Below are positions 47,590-57,111 of a DNA stretch of 64,000 bases, in pieces. The notes under the pieces were generated by a model that had not been told where the DNA came from, did not search any database, and was given only the letters and a program-made list of their open reading frames with translations. This DNA is from Pirellulales bacterium (GTDB lineage: Bacteria; Planctomycetota; Planctomycetia; Pirellulales; JAICIG01). The first letter of the stretch is position 1; the number at the start of each line of letters is the position of its first letter. The translations under genes were made by a program, and so were the position numbers. The stretch covers positions 32,001 to 96,000 of the forward strand of contig JBBDYJ010000013.1 of the NCBI GenBank assembly GCA_040901675.1, in the 5' to 3' direction.

Positions 47590-48683
47590 TCGAAGCATCC
47601 GCGGAGCCTTCGACCATTCTCGTGGTGGATGACGAGCCGGTGGTCCGCGGCCTGCTCGGCCGCTGGATCGTCGGCGCGGGCTATCACTGCGCCCAGGCCG
47701 GTGACGCGCGGGCCGCCTGGGATTGCCTGCAGTCGGGCGGCGTCGATCTGGTGATGTCGGACATCAACATGCCGGGCGAATCGGGCGTGGAGCTGCTGGT
47801 TCGAACGAAGCAGGCTTTTCCCGATACGCCGATTCTGATGCTCACCGCCCTGGGCTCGGCGCGCGCGGCCATCGACGCGCTGACCGCGGGAGCGTGCGGC
47901 TACCTGATCAAACCCGTAGAACGCGAAGAGCTGCTGTTTCAGGTCCGGCAGGGCCTGGAGCGGCGCCAACTGCTCCTCGACCGGCGCCGCTACGTGGAAA
48001 GCCTGCAGCGGCGAGTGCAGGAGCAAACGCTTGCCGTTCGCCAGGCGCACGAGGAAACCATCCACCGGCTGCTGACCGCCACCATGTACCGCGACGAAGA
48101 GACCGGCGCCCACATTCGGCGGACCGGATTGTTCAGCGAGGTGCTGGCGCTGGCGGCCGGCTGGGCGCGAGGCGAGGCGGAGCGGCTTCGCATGGCGGCC
48201 CCGATGCACGACGTAGGCAAGATCGGCATTCCCGACAACGTGCTCTTGAAGCCGGGCAAATTGACGCTGGATGAATATGAGGTGATGAAGCGGCACACGC
48301 TCATCGGCGGCCGGCTGCTGGCAGGATCTTCCTCCTCGGTGCTCCAGATGGCCCAACAGATCGCCCTGAACCACCACGAGCGGTGGGACGGCACGGGCTA
48401 CCCCTGCGGCGTGAAGGGAATCGCCATCCCCGAATGCGCCCGCATCGTGTCGGTGGTCGACGTCTATGACGCGCTGACCCACGATCGCGTCTACCGGCCT
48501 GCTTTCCCCCAGGAGCAGGCGCTGGAGCTGATACACCAAGGCATGGGGACGCAGTTCGATCCCGTGCTGCTGGCCTCTTTCTTTACGGTGATCGACGAAC
48601 TGGAAAGGATCGGGCAGTTGCACCCGGATCACCCGCCGGGCGAAGCTGCGCTGGCCGGGGCGGCCGGGACCGCCGTGATCTGA
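47574..48683 (+). CDS. RpfG-family response regulator, HD-GYP cyclic-dinucleotide phosphodiesterase
   Basis: Receiver domain plus ETGAH, HDVGKIG, HHERWDGTGYP, DVYDAL. Confidence 0.94.
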   Translation: MPGDLIEASAEPSTILVVDDEPVVRGLLGRWIVGAGYHCAQAGDARAAWDCLQSGGVDLVMSDINMPGESGVELLVRTKQAFPDTPILMLTALGSARAAIDALTAGACGYLIKPVEREELLFQVRQGLERRQLLLDRRRYVESLQRRVQEQTLAVRQAHEETIHRLLTATMYRDEETGAHIRRTGLFSEVLALAAGWARGEAERLRMAAPMHDVGKIGIPDNVLLKPGKLTLDEYEVMKRHTLIGGRLLAGSSSSVLQMAQQIALNHHERWDGTGYPCGVKGIAIPECARIVSVVDVYDALTHDRVYRPAFPQEQALELIHQGMGTQFDPVLLASFFTVIDELERIGQLHPDHPPGEAALAGAAGTAVI

Positions 48684-49504
48684 CCCTGACCGTCGATCTG
48701 GAAGACGGCCTTGGCCTGGGGGTCGGCTACGAAGAGCTTGTCGCCTCGCCAGGCAAGACCCACGGGCCCCACCAGCGGCTTGCCGCTCGCCCAGGACGCG
48801 GGCTTGCCTGCCCGATCGAGCTTCCAGATGGTCTTGGCATAGTTGTCGCTGATGTAGACGTTGCCCTGGGAGTCGATGGCGATGTCGTGGGCAAACTGGA
48901 AGGCCCGCCCCTTGATCACGGTTTCGACCTTGCCGGCCGCCGTTACGCGCAGCAGCTCGTTGTCGCCCCGCGAGACCACCCACAGCCGGCCGTCTTGGTC
49001 GAGGGCGACGCCCCGCGGAGCCGGCACGTCGGCGAACTTTTCGGGTTTTCCTCCCCCGGCCGGCACCTTCCAGATGCAGTGCAGCTCCAGGTCCGAAACC
49101 AGCAGGTCGCCCGCCTCGGTGACGGCGATGCCCATGGGGATGCCGATTCCTCCTCCCGTCAATGGTTCGGCCTTGCCATCGGCGTCAAAGCGGTACACTT
49201 CGCGGGTGGCGCTGTCACCGACCAGCACTCGGCCTTCGCGATCGACCGCGATCGAGCGCGGGGCGTTGAGCGGCGTGCGCAACTGCTTGGATCCTTGAAA
49301 AAACAAGGCCCGCTTGCCATCTTCGATCTGCCAGATGCCCGGCAGGTTCCGGTCGACGATGAACAGCGTCTGCTCGCGCGCGGCGATGGCCAACGGGTAT
49401 TGCATCTCCTGGCCCAGGCCCAAAGTCGGCTGCAACCAGCCGGCCAAGGCCGTCAACACAGCAGCGCCAAAGAACCGTGGAGGATGGAATCGATCAGGCG
49501 ACAT
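48629..49504 (-). CDS. Exported NHL-repeat/SMP-30-like beta-propeller protein
   Basis: Repeats PRSIAVDREG, PMGIAVTEAG, PRGVALDQDG, HDIAIDSQG, and a signal peptide. Confidence 0.85.
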   Translation of the reverse strand: MSPDRFHPPRFFGAAVLTALAGWLQPTLGLGQEMQYPLAIAAREQTLFIVDRNLPGIWQIEDGKRALFFQGSKQLRTPLNAPRSIAVDREGRVLVGDSATREVYRFDADGKAEPLTGGGIGIPMGIAVTEAGDLLVSDLELHCIWKVPAGGGKPEKFADVPAPRGVALDQDGRLWVVSRGDNELLRVTAAGKVETVIKGRAFQFAHDIAIDSQGNVYISDNYAKTIWKLDRAGKPASWASGKPLVGPVGLAWRGDKLFVADPQAKAVFQIDGQGQITAVPAAPASAASPGG

Positions 49505-49573
49505 GGGACAGTACCTTCGCTGGATTCGAAAATGTTAAGCAATGAAAGCCACGTTGTTAAGGCCCGGTTGACT

Positions 49574-52500
49574 TCAATCGGCTGGCTCCCAGTCGAGAAC
49601 CTGGCGCCAGAAGTCGAGCGTATTTTGCCGCCGGGTCTGATACCGGCGCAGATAATCGAGATGGCGCGGGGTCGTGGGATAGGCCTCGTCGGCTCCGTAG
49701 GGATAGCCGCTCATTCCCAAAAACGGCAACGGCTCGACCTGCTCGCCATAGACGGTGTTCAGGTCGGCGTCCTTGTCCCAGCCCACGTTGTAGAGCAAGA
49801 AGTCGCGCTTCCAGCCGGCCGGCGGGTCGCCGGCAGGCGCCTTGAACCGCAGCGACAGCTCGTCGCCGGCTCCCATCACCACCAGCAAGTCGTCGGTCTG
49901 GTCGAGCAGCTCGTCCACGGGTCCGTAGCGCGTGAAGTGCCCGGTCATGGCCGGCCACTTGGGCTCCGGGCTGACCTGATCATAGTCGAAGTGCTCGGGA
50001 CCAAAACCCTCGTCGGGGGTGCGCCGGGAAAAGCCCCGGTAGTCCAGCTCGGCCGACGCCAACTCCAGCGGAGTCAGCTTCACGCTCACCGGCTCCTCGT
50101 CGACGGTGAAGAAAGCCTCGTCCCAGTAGATCTCCATGTTGGTGACGATCCGCACCCGGTAGTCGTCGTGTACGAAGGCCCCGGATAGATCCACCGCGAT
50201 CGTCTTGGTCTTGCCGCCCGGAAAACCCATATAAGCTTGGGCCAACCGCCACTGGCCGGTTGCGTCGGGAACGTATAGCGCGGGAGGCTGCGGCGACTCC
50301 AGCTCCGGATGCCGCGAGATGCCCACATTCATGGAGCTGCCGGTCGGGAAGATCCAGCCGGTCAGAAACAGCGTGATCTGTTGTGGATTCTCCAATGAGC
50401 CGAAATCCAGCTCCAGCGCGTGCTCCTCGGCCAGGCCCATGCCCAGCTTGCGGTCGAAGGCCTTGAGATACTGGCCGTCGCGCCGGCGGACGCGGTCGAG
50501 CACGTCGCGGCCACGCTGGTCGCGCGCGGCCAGCGGCGTCCGGGGCATGGCAACGGTATGCACCTTGAACTCGGCGATCTCGGCCGGACCGACTTTCTCG
50601 TTCGAGTAGATCTCAACGCGGGCCGGATGGTCGACGACGATCAGTTGCACCTGGTCGAGGTAGGCGGCCTCCCACAGTTCCTCGGTAATCCGTAGATCGT
50701 AATGCCCGTCGCGGGGCACCAGTTGATCTCCGCCGATGCGCAGATACTCCCATTCGCGGGCCGGCGCGAAGATGCCCTCGGCAAGCTGCAAGCCCAGCGG
50801 CGCGGACCAGAGGCAATCGGTGACAAACTCGAATTTTTCGCCCGACCAGGCGTACAAGTAGGGGCACGACCCGATGAGGACCTGCTCTTCGCACAGCACC
50901 TGGTCGCGGTCGGGATTGAGGATGTTCTGCGGAACACCGGTGGTCCAGATCACTCGGGCGACGTCGGGTTTCGAGTGTTGACCCAGCCCAAAGTGCGTTT
51001 TTTGTCCCGACACCACCTGCCGCTGCCGCCTCGCGCCGGCTCGCAGCTCGATGACGCTGCCCAATCCGCTGTGGTTGACCCGGAAGCTGCGCGTCTGCTG
51101 ATCGGTGATTCCCGCGCGAAGCTCGATCGAGAGCCAATGGTTGCTGTTGCCCCCGTCGTTGTCGAGCAACACGACGCGGTCGGCGCTGGCGACGGCCAAG
51201 TCCTGGTCGCCGTCGCCGTCCAGGTCGGCCACGCCGACGGCCCGGACGGCTTTGGGGGCTGCGTCCACCAGCCGTGGCATCAGCCGCCACTCACCCTCCG
51301 AGACACCGCGGTACACATCGAGTCCCGCCTCGGACCAGGCCACCAGGTCGACCAGGCCGTCGTTGTCGAAGTCGCAGGTGGCGACGCCAGCGTGAGGAGG
51401 CTCAGCCAGGGCCCGAGTGGCCCGCCCCTGCAACACTCCTGAACGGCTTAGCTGCGTCAACACGACCTTCAGGCCCTGCTCACCGGCGGAAGCCAGGTCC
51501 CAGGAACCGTCGGCATCGGCGTCGAGCAGTGCCAGAGAGCTGGCTGATTCGAGCGCCTCGAATCCCGATTCCAACGGCTGCCAGCGAAGCTGGCCATGCT
51601 TAAGGTTTTCCAGGTAGCCGGCTCGCCCGGTCGGCCCGGCGATGACGACATCCAAATCCACGTCCCGGTCCAGGTCCACGCTCACCAGGGCCGTGGCCTG
51701 CAGAGCGGCGTCAGGCAGCTTGGAGCGCGAGCTGATGTCGTAAAAGGTCATGTCGCCCCGGTTGGACCAGAGCGAAAGCCCGGCGGCACTGGAGACCACC
51801 AGGTCGAGGTCGCCGTCGTGCAGGATATCCGCCGCGATGACGGCCAGCACTCCCCGCAGCGCATCGAACTCGGGCGCCTGGACCACGCGATTCAGCACGC
51901 GGCCCTCGGTCGTGGTGTCGAGCTGGTTGGCCAACAGGATAATCCCCGCGGGTCCGTACACAACCACGTCAACGTCGGCGTTCTGGCAGGCGGCCTGGCC
52001 GGCCACGGTGGTATCCTGCTGTTCGGGCGGTTGCGCCGGGCGGGCACCGCCTGCTTCGCCGGCCTCTTGGCCGGTGGAGCCCGGTTGTTTGGGATCATCC
52101 TGGTCCAGGTCGGCCAACAGCAACTGATCGAACCCGGCCGGCACAGCGGCTTGGGTGATGCGCTGCCAGGTCCTACCGTTGGCGATCCGGCTGTAGAGCT
52201 CCACCGAACTTTCCCTCAGCAGGATCGCGTCGGCCAGTCCGTCCAGGTCGAAATCAGCCAGTTTCAGATCCACGACACCAGCGATCACGGGCAGTTGGCG
52301 GTCGGCGGGGAGGGGCTTGAACACAACTCGCGGCGACTCGTCCGCTACCGGTGGGGCCGCGGGCCGCGGGCAGTAGCGTGGTCCAAACTCGTGCAGAACG
52401 TGCTCCAGCCGATCCTTGTCGACGCGCCGGCGGTCGATCTGGGTGGCCACCGAGGGAAGGATGACGTTGGCCAGCCTGGCGGATAGTTGAAACACGGTCG

Positions 52501-53269
52501 CATGATCGCCTTTTTGTGCAGCGGCATCGATGGTGGCGAGCACCTCCAGCGGGTCCAGACGCGTTTGCTCGCGGACTGAAGCGGCAATCGGCTGCACGGC
52601 CTGCCGGGCGCCGCTCAATGTCTTCATGATCCGGCCATCCTTGGCGGTGCCCAGCTCTCGCAGCGCGACTGCTAAAAGGAAAAGATTGTCGCGGTCCAGA
52701 TCATAGGCCTGGGCCAGGGTTTCCCGTGCCTGCTCCTCGCGGCCCTGGATATTCTTGGCGGCCTCGAAAAAAGCGTAGGCCGCGGTGGGATCCTCGGGGG
52801 CCAACTGCCGGGCCCGGCTCGCTTCGGCCGCCGCCCGGGTGTTGTCGCCGGCCGCCAGAAACACTTTCGCCGCCAGCAAGAGCGCCTCGGGCGACTCGCT
52901 TTCGACGGCGAGCATCCGCTCGGCCGCCTTGACCGCCTCGGCAGGCGTGGTTCGGTTCTGTTCCAGGCCGATCAACCGCGTGATGGTGAGATTGCGGTGG
53001 CCCAGCGGATCGTGCGGCATCTTCTCCGCAATTTCGGAAAAGACCCGATCGGCTTCGGACAACTTATCCGCGGCAAGTCGGCCACCCTCCAGGTAGCCGA
53101 TGGCCACGTTCTTCAACGACTCCAGCCGCCGGCACTCGTCGGGCGAGATGTCGTTGCGCGAAGACAGCCACGAAACCAGCAGGACCACGGCCGACAGCGC
53201 CAGCAGCACGGCGCCGAGCCGCAAGCCGCGCCCTCGGCCAATCCAGCCAGCACTTGATGATTCGGCCAT
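49574..53269 (-). CDS. TPR, FG-GAP/VCBS-repeat, ASPIC/UnbV-like protein
   Basis: N-terminal TM, TPRs, repeated DxDxDGxxD loops, NHWLSIEL...HFGLG (ASPIC/UnbV), GSCPYLYAW C-terminal domain. Confidence 0.88.
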   Translation of the reverse strand: MAESSSAGWIGRGRGLRLGAVLLALSAVVLLVSWLSSRNDISPDECRRLESLKNVAIGYLEGGRLAADKLSEADRVFSEIAEKMPHDPLGHRNLTITRLIGLEQNRTTPAEAVKAAERMLAVESESPEALLLAAKVFLAAGDNTRAAAEASRARQLAPEDPTAAYAFFEAAKNIQGREEQARETLAQAYDLDRDNLFLLAVALRELGTAKDGRIMKTLSGARQAVQPIAASVREQTRLDPLEVLATIDAAAQKGDHATVFQLSARLANVILPSVATQIDRRRVDKDRLEHVLHEFGPRYCPRPAAPPVADESPRVVFKPLPADRQLPVIAGVVDLKLADFDLDGLADAILLRESSVELYSRIANGRTWQRITQAAVPAGFDQLLLADLDQDDPKQPGSTGQEAGEAGGARPAQPPEQQDTTVAGQAACQNADVDVVVYGPAGIILLANQLDTTTEGRVLNRVVQAPEFDALRGVLAVIAADILHDGDLDLVVSSAAGLSLWSNRGDMTFYDISSRSKLPDAALQATALVSVDLDRDVDLDVVIAGPTGRAGYLENLKHGQLRWQPLESGFEALESASSLALLDADADGSWDLASAGEQGLKVVLTQLSRSGVLQGRATRALAEPPHAGVATCDFDNDGLVDLVAWSEAGLDVYRGVSEGEWRLMPRLVDAAPKAVRAVGVADLDGDGDQDLAVASADRVVLLDNDGGNSNHWLSIELRAGITDQQTRSFRVNHSGLGSVIELRAGARRQRQVVSGQKTHFGLGQHSKPDVARVIWTTGVPQNILNPDRDQVLCEEQVLIGSCPYLYAWSGEKFEFVTDCLWSAPLGLQLAEGIFAPAREWEYLRIGGDQLVPRDGHYDLRITEELWEAAYLDQVQLIVVDHPARVEIYSNEKVGPAEIAEFKVHTVAMPRTPLAARDQRGRDVLDRVRRRDGQYLKAFDRKLGMGLAEEHALELDFGSLENPQQITLFLTGWIFPTGSSMNVGISRHPELESPQPPALYVPDATGQWRLAQAYMGFPGGKTKTIAVDLSGAFVHDDYRVRIVTNMEIYWDEAFFTVDEEPVSVKLTPLELASAELDYRGFSRRTPDEGFGPEHFDYDQVSPEPKWPAMTGHFTRYGPVDELLDQTDDLLVVMGAGDELSLRFKAPAGDPPAGWKRDFLLYNVGWDKDADLNTVYGEQVEPLPFLGMSGYPYGADEAYPTTPRHLDYLRRYQTRRQNTLDFWRQVLDWEPAD

Positions 53270-53326
53270 CCAATCGATTGTAAACCAAGGCCGCCACCAG
53301 AACAGCCCATCCGGCTTCCGCGCTTT

Positions 53327-54394
53327 TCACCCGCTGGCACAGCCGCCGGGCCAGACGCCCGAGATGAGCGGGCCCGCCGGATTGGCTTGCAGCCTGCGCA
53401 GGTGCGGCCTGTCGAGCATTGAAAAGGGCGAGGCTACGTCTTGCCACCGCTCGCCTCGCTGGGTGATGTACCGATCGGCCAGTGGGCCAAGGCGATCCTC
53501 GCTGAGACGCAGGTAGCTCACCTGTTCGGGCGCCAGGCCGATGATCCGTGCACAGGTGGCGTCGACCGCGGTCGGGTTGGCACCCACGATCACCAGCCCC
53601 ATCGGCTTGGCGCTGCCCATGATAGGCCCGTCGCCTTCCATGCAGAGGATGCCATCCACAATGGCGATCGTTTTGGGCAGCGAGGCGTTGATGTCGAACA
53701 CCGTGTGCGGGATGCCGGCATGGTGCAAGACGTTCTTCGGCCAGCCGTACTTGATGCCCGGAAGAACACCGTACATGTTCTTCAGCGCGGCGGTTAGCCC
53801 CACCCAGTGGTGTGTCTTGAGCTTGGGCATAGAGACAATCAAGTCCGCCTCGACCACCTGCCGCGGAAAATAGAATCCAGCCAGTGGCGAAGCCCGTCCC
53901 CGGTTGGGCACCCAGGCCACATCTTCGTAATTCAGGTCGGCAAACGGCAGCCCTGCTGAATCGAGCGCCTGGCCCAACCCCGACTCGCCCAGCGCCGACT
54001 CGCTGTCGCGGACGTGTCCCGGCGCCTCGCCCACTTCGACGCTGGCGCCCCAACGCCGAAAAACCTCGGCCGCGGCCAGCACCATGGCCGGGTGCGTGGT
54101 CATGTGCGCAACCAGGCGGCTCGGTTCGACCAGGTTGGGCTTGATCAGCACCCGCCGCCCACGCAGGCCCGCCGGGTCGATTCCACTGGCCAGCAGCCCA
54201 TCGCGGATTGTCTCGTCGAGCGGCCCGTCGTAGCGCTGCCCGCGCGCGATGAAGACCGCGGCCCGATCAGCCAAGGCCGACCGGAACAAGGGGTAGCCCA
54301 GCAGTCCAAGGGCCGCGGCACCACTTCCGATTAACAAGGCCCTGCGATCGGTGCGAGCAGGCGCGGCGTCGGTATCGGCGAATTCAGGCGTCAC
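53327..54394 (-). CDS. DUF362-domain protein with Tat-like signal
   Basis: DRRALL plus hydrophobic stretch, VLIKPNLV, TTHP, SMPKLKTH, LKNMYG, IVDGI.CMEGDGP. Confidence 0.88.
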   Translation of the reverse strand: MTPEFADTDAAPARTDRRALLIGSGAAALGLLGYPLFRSALADRAAVFIARGQRYDGPLDETIRDGLLASGIDPAGLRGRRVLIKPNLVEPSRLVAHMTTHPAMVLAAAEVFRRWGASVEVGEAPGHVRDSESALGESGLGQALDSAGLPFADLNYEDVAWVPNRGRASPLAGFYFPRQVVEADLIVSMPKLKTHHWVGLTAALKNMYGVLPGIKYGWPKNVLHHAGIPHTVFDINASLPKTIAIVDGILCMEGDGPIMGSAKPMGLVIVGANPTAVDATCARIIGLAPEQVSYLRLSEDRLGPLADRYITQRGERWQDVASPFSMLDRPHLRRLQANPAGPLISGVWPGGCASG

Positions 54395-55290
54395 GTGGAA
54401 CCTCCGCTCGTCCGGGCCAAACGCACCAACGGGCAGTCCTCGCCCAATGCCGCAAGGACCAGAAGCGCTGACTGGTGAGGGCCAAGGCCTCGTCGCTTGC
54501 GGGCGGCCTGCTCCAGCCAGCTCGATGCCCGCGGTATCAGGCGGCCATGCGCCGCCAGGCCGATCAAACCGTGCGCCAGCGACATGCTGGTGGTGGCGGC
54601 GGATAGATTGGCTTCGACATAGTCCAAAGAGGCCGCGATTCGCCTCCGCTCGTCGTGCTCGCCGGCCAATGCCAACAGGGCCAGCCCCGACGGCTCGACG
54701 TGGGGCAGCAGCCTCTGGCCAAGCACGATGGTGTTCCCGTAATTGCAACCGCCGCTGGCAAACATCCGGTCTACCAACAGCAGCGCGGCCTGCCGGGCGC
54801 GCGGGTGACCGGTGCGCCCGGTGGCTTTGAGCGCCAGCAGGTTGATGGCCGTGGGCTCGATCCAAGAGTGAGTGCCTTCGACCCAGGACCAGCCCTCCAG
54901 CGTCGGATCGTGGCCGAGGTCCGGCGCTTTCGGCAAGGTCTCACCTCGCGTCGAAAGGATCCAGGCGACCGCGCGGTCCACATTGGCCTGCCAGAAGCCG
55001 CCAGGTTGCCTGGTGCCTGGTTCGTCCGCCACACTCCAGGCCAGCACTGCCAAACCAGTGGGCCAGTGCGGGTCGCGTTGCGAGGCGGTAATGCCCAGGC
55101 TGCCGTCGCCGGCCTGCAGGGCGGCCAGCCGCCGGGCAACTCGGCCGGCGGCAGCGTGCCTCTGGTGGCCCGCCAACGCTAAAGTGGCCAGGGCCATGAC
55201 TTCCGTCGCCGCTGGCCCGCCCGGCCGATACGACCAACCGGCCTCGCGGCCCAGTGCATCGAGGAGTGGCGTGATCCAGGACGAAGACAT
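54391..55290 (-). CDS. Prenyltransferase/squalene-cyclase-like repeat protein
   Basis: GWSY, LQAGDGS, GWSWVEGTHSWIEPTA, GGCNYGN repeats. GTGA overlap with the DUF362 gene. Confidence 0.75.
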   Translation of the reverse strand: MSSSWITPLLDALGREAGWSYRPGGPAATEVMALATLALAGHQRHAAAGRVARRLAALQAGDGSLGITASQRDPHWPTGLAVLAWSVADEPGTRQPGGFWQANVDRAVAWILSTRGETLPKAPDLGHDPTLEGWSWVEGTHSWIEPTAINLLALKATGRTGHPRARQAALLLVDRMFASGGCNYGNTIVLGQRLLPHVEPSGLALLALAGEHDERRRIAASLDYVEANLSAATTSMSLAHGLIGLAAHGRLIPRASSWLEQAARKRRGLGPHQSALLVLAALGEDCPLVRLARTSGGST

Positions 55291-55293
55291 ATC

Positions 55294-55337
55294 TCTGGCT
55301 TCTGACCTCTGACGTCTGACCTCTGACTTCCGACTTC
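55294..55337. repeat. Heptamer tandem array (TCTGACC)n
   Basis: tctggct tctgacc tctgacg tctgacc tctgact tccgact. Confidence 0.8.
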
Positions 55338-55446
55338 GCCGGGCGGGATTTACCTCAAAAGTACGTCGCGAAAGCACTTGTCGCGTCCGGCCGCCGGGCG
55401 TGGCCGCGAGGGACGAAAAATTCCGGGAATTATTAAAGCCGGCAAT

Positions 55447-55474
55447 TTGACAAGCCAGGAAGCTGAACTAGGTT
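55447..55474 (+). promoter_or_regulatory. Putative promoter of the riboswitch-pilin transcript
   Basis: TTGACA-N16-TAGGTT. Confidence 0.45.
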
Positions 55475-55630
55475 TCCAGTACAGAAGCAAACGTGCTCAC
55501 GCGAGCTTCTGTGGGTCGTGTCGAAAGACCGGCTCGCGCAGTCACGTCTTGCGGATTCCTGTCCAAGAAAAAAACTCTCGGTTCAGTTTCCGCGGATTGG
55601 CCTGCGCAAAGAGGCCTGCCGCCTCAACGT

Positions 55631-55719
55631 CCTCGACAAAGGCAAACCGGCCGCAAGGCCGGGACGCAAAGCCTAGGGCCGTCCGGAGCGATCCGGACGG
55701 TAGCCGGGTTGCCGAAGGG
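55631..55719 (+). ncRNA. Cyclic di-GMP-I (GEMM) riboswitch
   Basis: AAAGGCAAACC-ggcc-GCAA-ggcc-GGGACGCAAAGCC...GGTAGCCGGGTTGCCGAA matches the GEMM consensus, upstream of the pilin gene. Confidence 0.92.
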
Positions 55720-55943
55720 ATGTTGGCCGGTTGCCCCCACGGGCGCCGGCAAACCATCACTTCCACGCTCGATGCGATTGAGAGGCGCATGATGATGAGC
55801 GAGGGTTTCCGCAAGGTGCGGTGCAGGCCTGGGCGGCTATGCCGTCGGACGCACCTGGCGGAAACCAGGTTATTTGGTCAGTCCTGAGTTCGGGCCAACC
55901 ACGTGACGTAGGCCGGGGACTACCAGAACCAAGGGAGGATACT

Positions 55944-56126
55944 ATGAAGACTTTTGCTCTGAAGGTGCAGCGTTTCCTCGTTTCGGAAGACGGCCCGACC
56001 GCGGTCGAATACGCCGTGATGCTGGCCCTGATCGTCATCGTCTGCTTGACGGCGATCACCACGATTGGCCAGCGCGCCAACCAGACGTTCACCGACGTCG
56101 GCAACGCTCTGCCGGTCGCCAGCTAG
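55944..56126 (+). CDS. flp: Flp family type IVb (Tad) pilin
   Basis: ggagg RBS, EDG/PTAVEYAVMLALI cleavage motif with the conserved EY pair. Confidence 0.95.
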   Translation: MKTFALKVQRFLVSEDGPTAVEYAVMLALIVIVCLTAITTIGQRANQTFTDVGNALPVAS

Positions 56127-56176
56127 TGCACCTGCCGCCCCGGCGTTTTCGCCGGCGGACGGACAAGCAAGCGATT

Positions 56177-56212
56177 CCCCCCGGAGCCCTCGGGCACCGG
56201 GGGGTTTTTTTT
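56177..56212 (+). terminator. Rho-independent terminator after the pilin
   Basis: ccccccgg...ccgggggg stem followed by T8. Confidence 0.88.
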
Positions 56213-56362
56213 GCGCTCCGCCGCAAGGCGGGCCATGGACGAATTACCAGGTTCGGGATTTTCCTCCACGAAATCGCCCGCGCCTTTTTTGACCTATGCT
56301 TGAACATGGCGGGTTCGTGCTCCCGGCGGTTTGCCGGCCGCAGAACCAACGAGGCCCACACG

Positions 56363-56473
56363 ATGTATCCGGTACTTCCGTTTGACACACTGCCAGGCGC
56401 GGCCCAGACCATCCTGGCGTTTTTTGCGCTGCTGGCCGCCGCGCTGAATCTGATGCTCTCGGCCAGGGCCTGA
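56363..56473 (+). CDS. Small single-TM protein (36 aa)
   Basis: gagg RBS about 8 nt upstream. MYPVLPFDTLPGAAQTILAFFALLAAALNLMLSARA. Confidence 0.45.
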   Translation: MYPVLPFDTLPGAAQTILAFFALLAAALNLMLSARA

Positions 56474-56529
56474 GCCGCGGCCGAGGAACACCGCCTGCGC
56501 CGCCGAACCAGTTTTTGAATGGAGACAAG

Positions 56530-57111
56530 ATGTTCGATCACAACTCCCTCGCACAGACCCTGGCCCAGAACTGGCCCTTCTGGCTGGTGACGGTCACGCT
56601 GGTCGTGGCGGCGGCCATCGACGGTTGGAAGCTCAAGGTGCCCAATTGGCTGACGTTCCCGATGATCATCAGCGGCTGGATCTACAGCGCGCTGGTCGGT
56701 TCCCAGGGCTTTTCCGGTTGGGAAGGCCTCGGCTACAGCCTGGCCGGCACGGCGGTGGGCCTGGCGCTGCTGCTGCCCGCCTATGCGATTGGCGGGATGG
56801 GCGCGGGCGATGTCAAGCTTTTGGCCGGCGTAGGCGCTTGGGTCTGGCCGACCGTCACATTCTACGCATTTTGCCTGTCCGCCGTCATTGGTGGGGTGAT
56901 TGCCTTGGTGATGATCCTGTACCGCAGGGCCTGGGCCAAGCACCGCGAGCAGTTCTGGATGATCTTCCTGGAAGTCATTACGCTGCGGGACCCCAACCAG
57001 TTGTCGGCCATGGCGGCGGAGCGCAAAAGTTCCATGCTGCTCTTGCCTTACGGTATTCCGATCGCGCTGGGGACGATCCTCTACTTTGCTTGGACTGGGA
57101 TGCTTTTATGA
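56530..57111 (+). CDS. cpaA: Prepilin peptidase CpaA/TadV (A24)
   Basis: AAIDGWKLKVPNWLT, GGMGAGDVKL, LPYGIPIA. Confidence 0.93.
   Translation: MFDHNSLAQTLAQNWPFWLVTVTLVVAAAIDGWKLKVPNWLTFPMIISGWIYSALVGSQGFSGWEGLGYSLAGTAVGLALLLPAYAIGGMGAGDVKLLAGVGAWVWPTVTFYAFCLSAVIGGVIALVMILYRRAWAKHREQFWMIFLEVITLRDPNQLSAMAAERKSSMLLLPYGIPIALGTILYFAWTGMLL

Noticed and set aside
33300..48700. Integrase, transposase or prophage genes for the island
   Set aside because: No tyrosine/serine recombinase, DDE or phage motifs found in the ORF track.
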